The position numbers and the translations under genes were made by a program. From assembly GCF_964204645.1 (NCBI RefSeq), contig NC_134026.1, positions 2,565,950-2,629,949 of the forward strand: a DNA stretch of 64,000 bases. Direction: 5' to 3'. Below the pieces are notes generated by a model. It made no database searches, was not told the DNA's origin, and worked only from the letters and a program-made list of their open reading frames with translations. Below, piece after piece: positions 1 through 12,585 of the stretch. Position 1 is the stretch's first letter; each line of letters starts with the position of its first letter. The DNA comes from Tubulanus polymorphus (taxonomy: Eukaryota; Animalia; Nemertea).

Positions 1-3000
1 TAATTTGAAGGTAATATAATATGAATGAGTCGATGCGTGAGTATTCGATTGAATGCGCGATATTTACGAATCGATTTAGAATGAAGTGAAGGTCTAAAAA
101 TCAAATTCTCACAAGAAACCAACAAAACCTGATCGTAAAATGCTTTGCTCGGATATTCCTTTCTCACATCTTGACGTTCAATCCTTGCGACCGCCTTTTA
201 ACAGTTGCGAGGCTGTTTCAATGAGCGCGCGTTCTCTGTCACAGCCGACAATCGACGTATTAGTGAAGAGTGACGACAATTGAATAAGTATCCATTCAAC
301 AAACCATCCATAAATTGCCTAAAAAACCTTTCTGATGTAAGTCGGTAATCCCTGCATGTACTCGGGTCACATAACGACGGCAGACTAGTAGTGCACGGGA
401 TCTATGTCTCAATTGACGAGAAAATGGATAAATTTGACATGTTGAGTCGTGCCTGATTGCAATATTTACTACAGACACTGTTTCAAATGTGCAGATAATT
501 CCTCTATTTAGAAACGAACACGTTTTTTAGCTCGACGCCATCCTTCTATTCCATAGGCTGGTGTTACTGCGCATGCACGAGAGGTATCTACACGGCTTGG
601 CGGGTATCTGTTCTCGCACTGAACTAACTGGAATCTCGAAGTGACAGCAACAAATTCTGAAACTTGATGCAAGGACATAAATGTATCTGTTGAACGAATT
701 CTGACAAGGATTACGAACATAAATCTTATTTATTTAGCCTCAGGACAACAATCGCGCTACGTTAACCCGACAGTTACAAATTAATTTCTTCTTCAAGTGT
801 TTTCAATCTAACACGGGTAAATTCTATAAGATTCCTTCTCATCGGAAGGAACTCTAACTGTTCCTAATGTAGAGACACCCACAGTCTGGATGTTGTTGCT
901 CCATATCAAAGTTGCGGTTATCTGAGGATTAACGGTGTAGTTCACATAGACCCCACGGCTACAATTAGGATACACAATATTACTGCGCACAAAAAATACC
1001 TTAATTCACATTCGTTTATAAAATCTGCGTGACATGGTGAATTAGTTCCCAATAACCTGTGAACCTGCTAGCCCTGTAGCTGTTTTGATTAAATTACCGA
1101 ATCATAAAAGATTTTCATTTTTGAGGTCATTCCTTACAGCTATTGCTTTCCTTTGAAATCTGAAGTTTTTTCATTGCCTGTATCCACGATATGGGAAATT
1201 CACAAGAAGTAGGCCCTCGAATTCGATAACGAATAAAAGTTAATTCTCGGGTCGGGCCGCCAGAAATGTTTCTTTATGGTTTTTTGAAAGGCTGCAGACT
1301 TTTGTCCAACGCGAGATGTAGTGCCGTTATGACGTCAGTATGATAAACTGTGTACGAAGGTTTCCGTTCAATAGAAATCATTCGGCAGATGATTCTTTGA
1401 ATTTTATCATTATTAAAGAGTCGGTAGATGTTATCGTCAACTCTTCAAAGTGAATAGCTCGCGTAGAGTGTTGTTTTATAATAATAAATACCCTATACTT
1501 TTGCCCGGCTATTTCTGCTTGCAAACGTTTGAAGATGCAACCATAACAACTCTCAGTTTTCACGTTCAAAAAGATCGAATTCACCGAAAACACGATCTGT
1601 GGCTGTTCTAGGGTATATGAAACATATGTATGATTAAACATTCAAGTTCCACAATATCTTAAAATTGATTTTATGCTGAAACAATAGGAAATGAACTATT
1701 GTGACTTCGGGGTCAACAGAATATCAGTCACAAAAGTGTAACAGGGGTCGGTGCATAAAGGTCAATGCAGCCACGTGTCCTTGTGATGACTCGGCTTGGT
1801 CAAACTGTGACCAAGGTTAAAACACACTTTTTCTGGAGGCGTGTGCGCATATATCCTTTATAGTATTCGATTACGTCCTAAAATGAATGGATATATATTT
1901 AGCGTACGTGTATAGTTTTTTTGACCAGCTGGGCTCAGCGTGTAGGAACACAAAGAAAAACAAACTGCGCACTAAACAAACGTTCAAATCTAACCACAAA
2001 TTTCCACGATAAGAAAATAAAGAACGAGTTTTCTAAACGCTGTGAACTTTAGATTAGTCAATTAACTGCTGTGTGATAAAAGCATTCCTGTTTGGAGATT
2101 CGGTGAAATAAACACGTATTGAAGAAGCGGCTAGCGAGAGAGAAAGCTATTCTTATATAGAATCTTCCCGATAGTTCTGATGAAACAATGCATCGTCAAT
2201 TGCAAATGTCATATATTCATATGCATAGATGGTATATGATGAAATGAGAGAAAGTGTATATATTGATGGCTCTTCTAAATGCAAAATTACGAAATAAATC
2301 GCTAGATTTGGAGTCTTTCACGTGATAGTTGTTGATTTATGATTTCTGTATTCTCCAGAACGTCCTAGTGTATAAACATTTTTCCAGATTAAATATTTCG
2401 ATTTTTATGAATATGAAAAAAAAATATCGACGGTCTGGGATGATATGAAAAATACAGACGCACCAAAACTGACATCTTTACGCAAAATATAGAGTTATTT
2501 GACCGTTGATCGGGCACGAAACTGAGCTCAATATCGTACAAAAATTGCTCGTTACGATAAACATCGATAGATAGTTTAGGATGATGCGATTGCGGTTTAT
2601 TCTATAATACTCGCGGTAGAATAGGTTAACCGGGTCCATAAAACTAGCGCCGTTTTACCAGTGCGATATCTGTATAAATCAAGACGTTTAAATCGCTATA
2701 AACCGCCGTACATCAACAAATATATGGCAGAAATGTCGGTGAACTACGCAATTAACAACTGACGTGTGCATGAATCAAAGATTAATCGTGTTTTAGTTGA
2801 TTGATTCAATTCGTGTCACTGCATTCATGTGTAATATGTCTGAATCTCGCGGTGATTTTTACGATTATGGTCACCTGTCCTTGAATCCGCTTCCCGGTGA
2901 TAAATACATCGACCGACTTCACTTTTTACCTCGGTTGAAAAATGCGATTGGCTCCTCAAGAATACGTAAATATGCGCATCGGATATTTTGTAGTGAGATT

Positions 3001-5147
3001 AGTAAAGTCTCCAAGTATATACTACTTTTAACTGTATCTGAAAAAAGGTCGATTGATGCGCGATACACGACACAACGCGGGCGAAGAATTTGCTTGTTAC
3101 ATTACGATAGATGGCGTCTTTGTTGAGTCTCAATATCCAACACTTGAACGCGTTGTATATGGATCTTTGTTTTTGAGAAACTTCTGACGAAGAGATGGCG
3201 ATTAAGAGTGGAATTCTTACTCAAATTTACATAATTATCATAAGTTGAGAGTCAACGAATATATTTATGCGTATCAAACGTATCGCAACATTATGCAAAT
3301 CGTTTTGTTCTGATCCATGAAAATCTTTTCACTTTTCCTCTCATTCACCCAACAAATCTAACTAATTAGTCGACAAATATTATGATAATGTGATTTTTTT
3401 GTGGGACTAGCCGGCTTGATATTAATGCGAAACATATTCTAATATTATTCATTCGCAGGCGGGTCTCATAGTGAATAGTTTTACACTGGAAACGAAGACA
3501 CCGAGCTGTCAATTCATTCTCAAATCACTCACTGTTTTATTTGCATGTGTCCATAGGGTTTCTTTTAACCGAAAAATGCTTTACATGTATACAAATATGG
3601 CGTTATATTTAACTTGAGAACCGTTTGACAGTTTCATTGTATAAGAAATGGAAATAGAATTGGGGCCTTTTTTATTGTCACCGCTGATACGAGCACATGC
3701 ACGTACATCACAGGCGGACTACGTTAACTTGATATTCGTGGTTAAATATATTTTACACAAAAGCCATTTATTCTTGCTTTCATTCGAAGAACATGATCCG
3801 GAATCAAATAAAATCAAATATGCAACTAGCCATTATTACTTTATTTCTTAGACTAACGCCGCGGCTGAAAGATGTTTTATTCTGGCCGCCTTTTTCTTTG
3901 TGCGTGGTTGAAGTTGAAATTCGAGCGTGCGGCCAAAGCCCTCATCTGCTTACAAAGTCACAAACTATTTCTTTCCGCGTAGAAGATTCCCTCTTCACCG
4001 CTCTTACCTCACGCCCGCGCGATCAATTAATGCGCTTACCGAACGACGTCGAGGGCCCTCAGAACCCCTCAAAAATAAATATTAGCTTGCCTCCGGAGGG
4101 AAAATTTCATACGGGAAATTAATAACTGTGTAAGTTTTCAAATACTTCAATGCGAATTGGAAACCCTGGTCAACAGAAAATCGCAGCGCTAATGAAAGCA
4201 GGCCATGCTCTTCATTGATTCTAATGTGTATCCAATGCGAACTGAAAGACACGATGAAATATTTATAAATGAATGTTACGTCTATTTGAACAGCTCGATC
4301 GCTGCGGAGACGTCGGAAATGCGATGCCAAAAATTGATTTCGAACACAACTATAGACATATGCGACGCGACGTTTGCGCCGTAATTTTTTCCCAAAAGAT
4401 ACAAATTGACGCAGAGATCGGGTTGTGTTTGTCGAGTGACTGCGACAACAGTTTCGCGGTACAGCTGCTCTATCGGCCCGCGCGGAGACAACGGAGAACC
4501 TGACACGTATAGTTTGACGTATCTGTTCAAATTATCGAATTCAGTCGAATGAATTGATGATTTGAACAGCTTAGAGAAAGATGATCGTCAGTTCCGATGT
4601 CCTTTATGTGAGTGTGTAAAATAAAATGATTATGACAATTGTTAAGTAGCGCTCTTTTAACTTGTTTTGATATTGCGGTTACAAGAGAAATAGGTTTAAC
4701 CCACAACGCTGTATACATCTGTTTTTTCTATTGTATACGGCATGTCGGGGAAGAGCATATATTTGTATAGATGACGCATGAACTGATTTCAAGAATATTC
4801 CTTCATTAAAATCAGAAATAAAGAATACAACAGAGAGACGAAAAACAACATATGAAAAGCATTATTTTGATACCAACCCACTTTATTTATTGCAAACAAT
4901 TATAATTCGTACGCATTCCGAGCTTCGTTTGATTCTCAAACTGCTCAAGTCGGCAGATTCTCGGATTTCGATCAGAAAAAATGAACAATATCGCATGTAT
5001 TTACATCATTAGCAAAATTGTGTCCGTAAAGTTGCATCTTATTCAAAACAAAACACGAAGAGTTACGTAGAAAAAATAAAACGTAGGTGTTATAGTCTAT
5101 ATATAATTTTCACAATTCCATGAAAGCTGCTGGAAATCACGAGGGAA

Positions 5148-5992
5148 CTAATCGTTGTCTTTGCTTCCTTTTATGGAATTATCTTCATCTCCGCCTTCCG
5201 AGGAGCGATCCGATATTGGCGATGAGTCCAAAGGTTTACGTCGTCTCGTGGGGAGAACACTGGCAGAAGCCGCGTCGAAATGCATCGGGCGATACGCGAA
5301 AAAGAAAGGCGATCCGATCCCGGGCGGCATACCGGGCATAGGCGTGAAAGGCGGAAAATGTGGAGCGACCATCAGATCGTGGTTAACACTAGAACGCATG
5401 TCCATTTGTGGTAAAACTGACGGTCGACCGAGTAAAGCGTCCGTAGTGAAAGCTGCTGCTCGTGGAGAAAACGCTGAATGCACGGTCGAATGCGCTACAG
5501 AACTAGACAGAGGCGTGAACGCTGATTTTATACCTCCTATAGATTTGTTATTATTATTTAGTCCATTGTTTGGCTTGAAATGTGAAAATGGGTTTAAAAA
5601 CGGGTTGATGTTTGTGGTAGGATGTCCTACGCCGTTACGCCTAGATGAGTCTGCCTGTTGTTGCGCAATAACTGTATCTTGCGCCGAGAGAAAATGTTCG
5701 ATCGCTTTTACTAAATCTCCGTTACATCCTTGTAAAACAAGCTCCAAAACGGCCTTCTTCTGATACGGAAAAATGCGCTCGAGAATTTCAATGTTCGTAA
5801 GACGACCGGGTCTGAAAGCGGTCGGCGGACTAGGATCTGGACTACTGCTGGAGGCCGTCGTTTCTGACGTCATGCGCGGTTTCTTCGCAACCGGAACATG
5901 ATGACTACTGCTATCTGCTTGAGTGCTGATTGTTGTCGGAGAATCGCGGCCTTCGTCACTATCTTCAACTGTATCTGACTGAGTCGGGGGCT
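5148..5992 (-). CDS. dmrt93B: DMRT transcription factor exon 2 (DMA domain and C-terminus)
   Basis: Acceptor TTTTTTAG ending at 5993; the phase joins exon 1 in frame (about 394 aa total). DMA domain RLTNIEILERIFPYQKKAVLELVLQGCNGDLVKAIEHFLS and KSAFTPL/HSAFSP motifs. AATAAA on the minus strand near 4882-4891. Confidence 0.92.
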
Positions 5993-8900
5993 CTAAAAAA
6001 ACAAGATAAACATGTCTTGATCATAATGATTTTAGGTATCAAGATATTAGTGAAACGATTTGAATATATTTTTCCTTGACCCTGATTTCATTGAAACCGT
6101 CCACGGATTGTTACCACCCAGCAACAGAGAAGTTCAGAATAGAATTTATCTCTAACTGTACAATTTCATGTTATCACCTCCCCGTGTTATTTTTTTATAC
6201 CAGTTCGGATAAATCGTTTTAGTCAACATCAAATTCCGCGTCATCAAAGCCTCAAAAAACACCCGGTCGCCACTTCAAGCTGTCTGCAATACCTGCAATC
6301 ACCGACGATTACCACGAGTTTTTTGTTCTTACTTCTCGATATGTTTATAAAACAAAAATATTCTCTCGAGATTTTCACAAATTGCTGGGATTCAAGTGTA
6401 CAATTATGTGATCAGTAGGGAGCAACTTTGCCGAGATTAACAACGTTTTAAACTTCGTAGTGAGTTTTGACATTTGCAATTATGCGCACTTAGCGGGAAG
6501 CCTACAGACACTACTTCACACAGCGAGTTCATCTATACAATTTTGGTTTCAATTGTGTATCTTCCGACGTTACAGTTTTACAGTTTTGTAAATCAATTGA
6601 TGAGAACGTCTGCTGATTTATAATTAGGGCTTTCGATATTGTAAATGTTTAAGTATCCACTAACGATCTACCTATTCGATTACCGGAAGTGATACGCTCT
6701 ACGCCTCTTATAAACACACCATTTCAACCTCATCAGGAAATTCGTGTCTTACAAGGTTCCGCAGAAAGAAAAATCTCTGAAATACGTTTCATTCGCACTA
6801 AATTACTTATGAATAGTTATCGTAAATGTGGTTTCGTTAAAAATATGTGTTAGAATAATGATATGTTTTGAATATCCCGATTTGGGTACAGAAGTTTTAA
6901 AAAATATGATATTCCTAAGCATTTTGTTACGAAATAGAATAAATGAATGTATGGGATGGTATTGGATTGGATTGGCCTAGATCGAATTTTCTCAATTAAA
7001 AAAAGGTATGTAACGAACAGTTATATTATTTGTGCGTGAAGCCAGCTGTATCATCGCTTGTATCCAACTGCGAATAATCTAACATAACCACTATATGTGC
7101 AATATATACGGTTTCAGAGTCAAAGAAAATCGTCAGGGGTCCGAGAGAGGAATAGTGAGCGCTCGACGGGAGCGAAGTAAAATCAGTTGACATCAGTAAC
7201 AAACTTGTGAGCATTTGAGTGCACGATGAAGTGTAACAAGATTTCAAGCGCAGTTGGGCGCGTTTTAAGATAATGTATACAATCTGGGAGGTAAAAAAGG
7301 CACCTGCCTTCATCCCTGGAACGTTTGAGATGAGATAGAGAAATAGTTACAAAAAACATCGAACTCGTTTCAATTTAGAAGCCTGAATCTATGAATATAA
7401 ATCCAGAACACGAAGGACCCACAACATTTACGAATGAGTCTCTGCTGAAGTTGGACAAAAGTAATCTATCTGAAACATCGGTGAAACAGATTTTCTAGTT
7501 TTTGTTCGTTGAAATTTTGGTATTTGTATTTATACTACAGACTGCGACTATATAATCTAAATTGATTTCGATGAAGGCCTCAACTAAAGCAACTTTTAAA
7601 CCAGATGCAGACCTATTGTTTTGCAAGTCGTTGGTGCATTTCGGTACGGACATCTTTGAAAACACTAGTGTTGTTGAAATTACACAATTTAACTGGATTC
7701 TGTAGTGAAAACGCGTGTCATTACACCTGTTTGCAGGTACATCTCGTATCACCTGGGGCCAGACACACGTTAAATTAGGTGTTATTTTATGAGAACAACA
7801 ACTATAACAACAGGTCTTCAGCTGTCATCCTTTTCAAGAGAAAATACATCGTCCATACTGTTGAATCGAGTCAAGAGCTCTCATGCATAGCTATGTTTAA
7901 ACAAGTTTTCACTCTAATTGTGTACATTGCTGAACCAAAATTTCGATCAGTGATGATTTTGTAAATACACGATATACATTCACCACTTCAAAAATGTAAA
8001 TTGAATTGTTTAAAATGATATATATATGTATGTGGTATTTAACTTTCGTACAGTCGTGTATACGGATGGTTTAATGAATGAGTCCTACACTTTCATCCAT
8101 ACTCAAACATTGCGTTATTCAAATTCAAATTATTCAAATTTTTTTCGCAACTGTTTCAATAGATTCTCGCGATGATAAAATCGCTAATATTGATTTCGAC
8201 TGTAACAGTGATCTTTATCGATGGTTAAATTTAACATCAAAATCAACAGAATCGTTGAAGCGTTCCCGGAATCGGTATATATAAGTGATATATGTAAAAC
8301 GAGATATTCGTTGTTGGGGCCCAAAACCTGGTGTACATCTGCGGTACGATACAAATTCGATCTCTCCAACTTTTACTCAAAATTTGGTTGAATTAATTCA
8401 CTGAGACTTGTCGCCGTGTTTGCTAAATGTATTTTTCTGCGCGGTTTTGATATCTGATATGTTTTTTTCCCGTTCCTACCGACATTAGGACGTCGGTATT
8501 AGCGATTAATATAAACAGATTGGTTTTTTTCGTCCGCGCAGTAAAAGATTGTCTACAGCAGTTATAATCAATGCCTAGGTTACTGCTGTCGGATCCATAT
8601 TACATACAAAAAATGCTAATTTTGTTGCATTTCTTGATTTCTTTCTTCAACGGATTAACAAATGTATGTTTGAGAATTTGATTAAGAGTTGTTTGCATTT
8701 CCAAATCCTCACAACGATACACATGATACATTGAAAATAAATGTATATTTTTTTCAAACTTAAATTTAGGTTTCAAAACTGCTACGGTATAAGAAATACA
8801 AATTATTTCTTATGTAAAGTAAACATAAATGTAAGAACAAATGATAATGAGAGGCTCATTCTGTTAGATTCCAGAATATCGGATTCATGCGTCGGCATTT

Positions 8901-10592
8901 TTTCCGTTATTTTGCTCGGAGGTTTTTTCGCAGATTCTTGACTGGCTATCAGAAGGAATCAGATTTAAATTCACTAGAATCGGCATCTTTACGTGCCAAC
9001 CGATAACATCGCAGAAGTTAAGTAGATTTTTTTTCGCATCTGTACTATGTATATATATAGGAGATTCGCTACAATTCGCCCTAAAACAAAGATTTACATA
9101 AAATCAAAGGGCAAATTTATCCGAACTCTTCAAAACGTCAGTTTAACGTGTTTTTGATTCGCCACGAGTCAACTCAAGTCGATGGGAGCTATTTGTAGCG
9201 CCCTTCATAAAACATAACATTTCTATCAAACCAAAGAAAGTTTATACGAAATCAAAGACGAACTATTTCCAACACTTCAATATGTCAGATTTTACATTGC
9301 CGGCGACTCGCTACAATTATAAACTATAAGTTGGTGAAAACATAACATTTCTGGCAGTGAACTCTTTAGTTTATGTTGCTGGAAGTGTGTTGATAAGTTG
9401 AAGTACGCTACGACAGGTTGAAGGGAGCCTTTTTCATAAAATATATCCAGGTGGTCTGATTACGTTATACGCTACTTAAAATATATTTCCATCATCTCCG
9501 AGTTTTATTTTAGCAGACGATATTCCACGCATTAAACTTTATAGAGTTAGAATCTGTTTGAATATGAAATTCTCATTACTTTACTCGAAGATTTCTAAGT
9601 AAATGATTTTTGATACGATCATAAAAAGTAGTGTTCAACATTAGCAATGATGTTTCACATGCTCCCCTCGGAGGTTTAACGTGTTGGGAAAATAAGGCCA
9701 CACAGAAAAACTCATATCATCTGTCGTTATACGTATGAAAAGTTTCTACAAAACGGCCTTAACCGCGTAATACTATGAAATATTGGATATCGCAGATATC
9801 GTTCTTAATAAGAAGATATGAATTTAAGTAAATTAACTTTTATCTCCTGATTAATTTATGATTTTAAAATTGTGGTATTGCTGAATAAGATGCCGTTGTG
9901 CTTCAAAAAGAAAAATGCACACGCCCTTGTACTTGTTGGTGGGTACCAACTACGTTTCTTCTATTTTTGAAAAAAAAAGATGTTTAGTCGTATAAAACTA
10001 ACATAGCCAACGTTTTAGGTGATGTTTGCTTTGCCTATTGATATAACATCCATTCGTCATTCGTTCACTGAATATACATAAACCGTTATAAAATACCGCG
10101 TCTAAAAATACCTATGTAAAACCTTTGTGACAAGTGACATAATAATAAGTATTGTGAAAAAAATGCTTAACTTCAATAATGGGATGATGCCGCTGAAAGA
10201 ATGCTTTGAAATCATTTGTGAAGACCTTGTAACCAGCGAAGCGTTGAAACGTTTTTTGCCGACTGACCGAGATAGAAAATGCCTTCAATTTAAGATTTTC
10301 ATTCTGTTTTTGAATCAAAATTCATGCCATTTCATCATTTCTATATCAGGATTTTTCAATGACGAAATTGTTTTATTGAAATCGTAGCTCTTGTTAAAGA
10401 TTCTAAACTGAAGTGCATATCCCGTGATGATTAAGTTTACGATTTCTTCGCAACTAAATTCAGTGAAAGAGATTTCCCAAATTGCGGGTTTCTCGTTCAG
10501 TAAATCTGATAGGTACAAACAACTAAGTAACTCTTGTTCATTCTTTTTTAACCATTAACCCTGCACCGTTGTAGCTATTATCTTGTAATTAC

Positions 10593-10932
10593 CTGTATTA
10601 GTTCCATCGTCCATTTCTGATGCGCATTTTAAAGGAGCTGTAACAGTGCCTGGTCCCCATAATGGACCAGCGGTCATCACTGGTAATGAGCCTTCGGTGC
10701 ACGTTCTCAAACCCAAAGCAATCGCATCTTCGGCAGCTTGTTGTCTTTTTAGAGCCACCTGGGCCGCCATCACCCGCTGTCTTTCAGCAATAAGGTTACA
10801 TTTGGGACACGTACAATCCCTGAATCCGCAATGTCTCTTGTGCCCTTTCAACCAGGATACCATACCATGGTTCCGACACCGCGCGCATTTGGGCTTACGC
10901 GCACCCTTTTCGGTCATCGGGTACATCTCCAT
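10593..10932 (-). CDS. dmrt93B: DMRT transcription factor exon 1 (DM zinc-binding domain), Dmrt93B/dmd-4 subfamily
   Basis: [76 protein letters not shown] is a DM domain. [11 protein letters not shown] and [13 protein letters not shown] match the dmd-4/Dmrt93B type as I recall it. Donor AG|GTAATT at 10592, phase 1. An alternative in-frame ATG is at 10956. Confidence 0.93.
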
Positions 10933-11089
10933 GTCGCGAAGAAAGTTGTTCTGCATGCAGGATTTTCGTACAAAAACTTCTCTATAGTTCACAAAATATT
11001 TCAATCTAGTGATGGTATCAAAACGAAGATAAGGCTTATAAACGCGTTCGATACCCCTTATCCACCGTATGCGAAGCGACTCGATCCGC

Positions 11090-11225
11090 GCTAATTGGCC
11101 AACAGTTGTGACAGACAACAACCCAGCCTATGATTGGTCGGAATAGAACATTATGTTTGTTTCCAGCTTGCCACTTTCGCTGCCAATAATCTACTGGCGT
11201 TCTCAGTTTCTAAAGACAACAATGG
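11090..11225 (-). promoter_or_regulatory. Putative proximal promoter of the DMRT gene
   Basis: Two CCAAT boxes on the minus strand (ATTGG at about 11094 and 11133) and a SOX-like AACAATGG at about 11217, 160-290 bp upstream of the ATG. Confidence 0.35.
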
Positions 11226-12489
11226 TTGAAATGGTGTAATGATATACGAGTTTAAATGTTGTTTTCTTACGGTAAACGGTACATCAAACGTTAAGCGATA
11301 GATTTACGTACAATAGGCGACAAATAGCTCCGTCATCTTCCATTGTTCGTAGATTGTCAGAATTGAAGACATATCTTTAGGAGTTCCCTGACTTAAAACG
11401 TGTCTTCCTTTTAAGATGTTTTAACACCATCTGGGTGGGTTTTTGCGCGTCTTTATTTCATTTGAGAGGTTACAAGAGTCTAATGTCTTACTTTTGTTGA
11501 TCAGATTTTCATTTCCTGTGGCCGTGTTTAACTGGACAATAAACATCGACAACCAAATCCGGTGCGTTATTTCAACGTCCTAATTAGTACTTATAAATCT
11601 AGAATAATTTTTTGTCAAATTTGTAGAATATTCTACAAAAAGCAAAATAACATACTTTCGCTCAGATGCGCCCAAAATATGGGTCTGAAAAAAGAACCTT
11701 TTTTTTGTTTTGATAAAATCATGAAATAGTTCTTTTTTTTAATTAAATTTCTGTTTGGTCAAAAACAATCTGGTGGCAAGTGGTACTATTCATTTACACA
11801 CAACGCGGTAATAATGACACATGTGGAAATTTTCTCAAACGACTTTCAAATGATTGACAGAAAACATATATTTCAGGGGAAATAACTTCAGATAAAGATA
11901 AAGTTCACGCGCGTTTGGATGAACAAAATTATAGTCTAGTCTAGTTTCACTGAACTCAGAGCAGTTCAGAATTATCGATTTTCTCTTATTATGATAGTAA
12001 TTGAGACCTGTATTATTTATCAGTATGATTATTGATTATCAGAATCGATATTATTTTACCAATCACCTGTCCGTTGTGTTTGTCCAATAGGAAGCTGAAA
12101 ATTTTATTTTTTCTCCATTAATTAAGTGATTAAAAGAAACTATCCATTAATGACTTATATCTCATTTTTTTAGTATTTTTACCTTATGCGGACATACAGA
12201 AAATATACATAAATGTTTCATAAATATTTTTGAATACTTAACGAGTGTGCTGCTTTACAAGAATAAGACGTTTTTGTAACATAATTACATATATTATAAT
12301 TCTTAACGATTGAATATCTGCTTCATGGCGTCATACACTGAGGCAGCATTAGAGAATGAATACGAACTAATGTAACCTGATATAATACAAATATGGTACA
12401 AATAAAATTACCAGTAACCAAATATCACACATGTACGAGTATATATGAACGAGTTATTTAAAAAAACTAATCGGGGAAAATATGATTGG

Positions 12490-12585
12490 TTAATCCCACA
12501 TTTGAAGACTAAAAAGTTATGAAATTGAAGATTTATTGAGACCAACGTTTCTGGCGATGATTGAGCCATGATGATGGCTCTGGTT
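12490..12585 (-). mobile_element. Penelope-like terminal-repeat remnant with degenerate hammerhead motif
   Basis: The minus strand reads gagcc-atcatca-TGGC..GCCA-GAAA-CGTT-ggtctc-AATAAA...TGTGGGATT, the same layout and tail as the copies at 44.9, 52.2 and 63.2 kb. Confidence 0.5.

Noticed and set aside
5155-5763. 202-aa + strand ORF
   Set aside because: Antisense shadow of DMRT exon 2 with no recognisable protein. The same applies to 10646-10987 and 10831-11094.
8717-9318. DMRT-binding-like half-sites (GATACATTG, GCTACAATT x2) in the DMRT intron suggesting autoregulation
   Set aside because: Only half of the pseudopalindromic consensus is present; expected by chance in AT-rich DNA.
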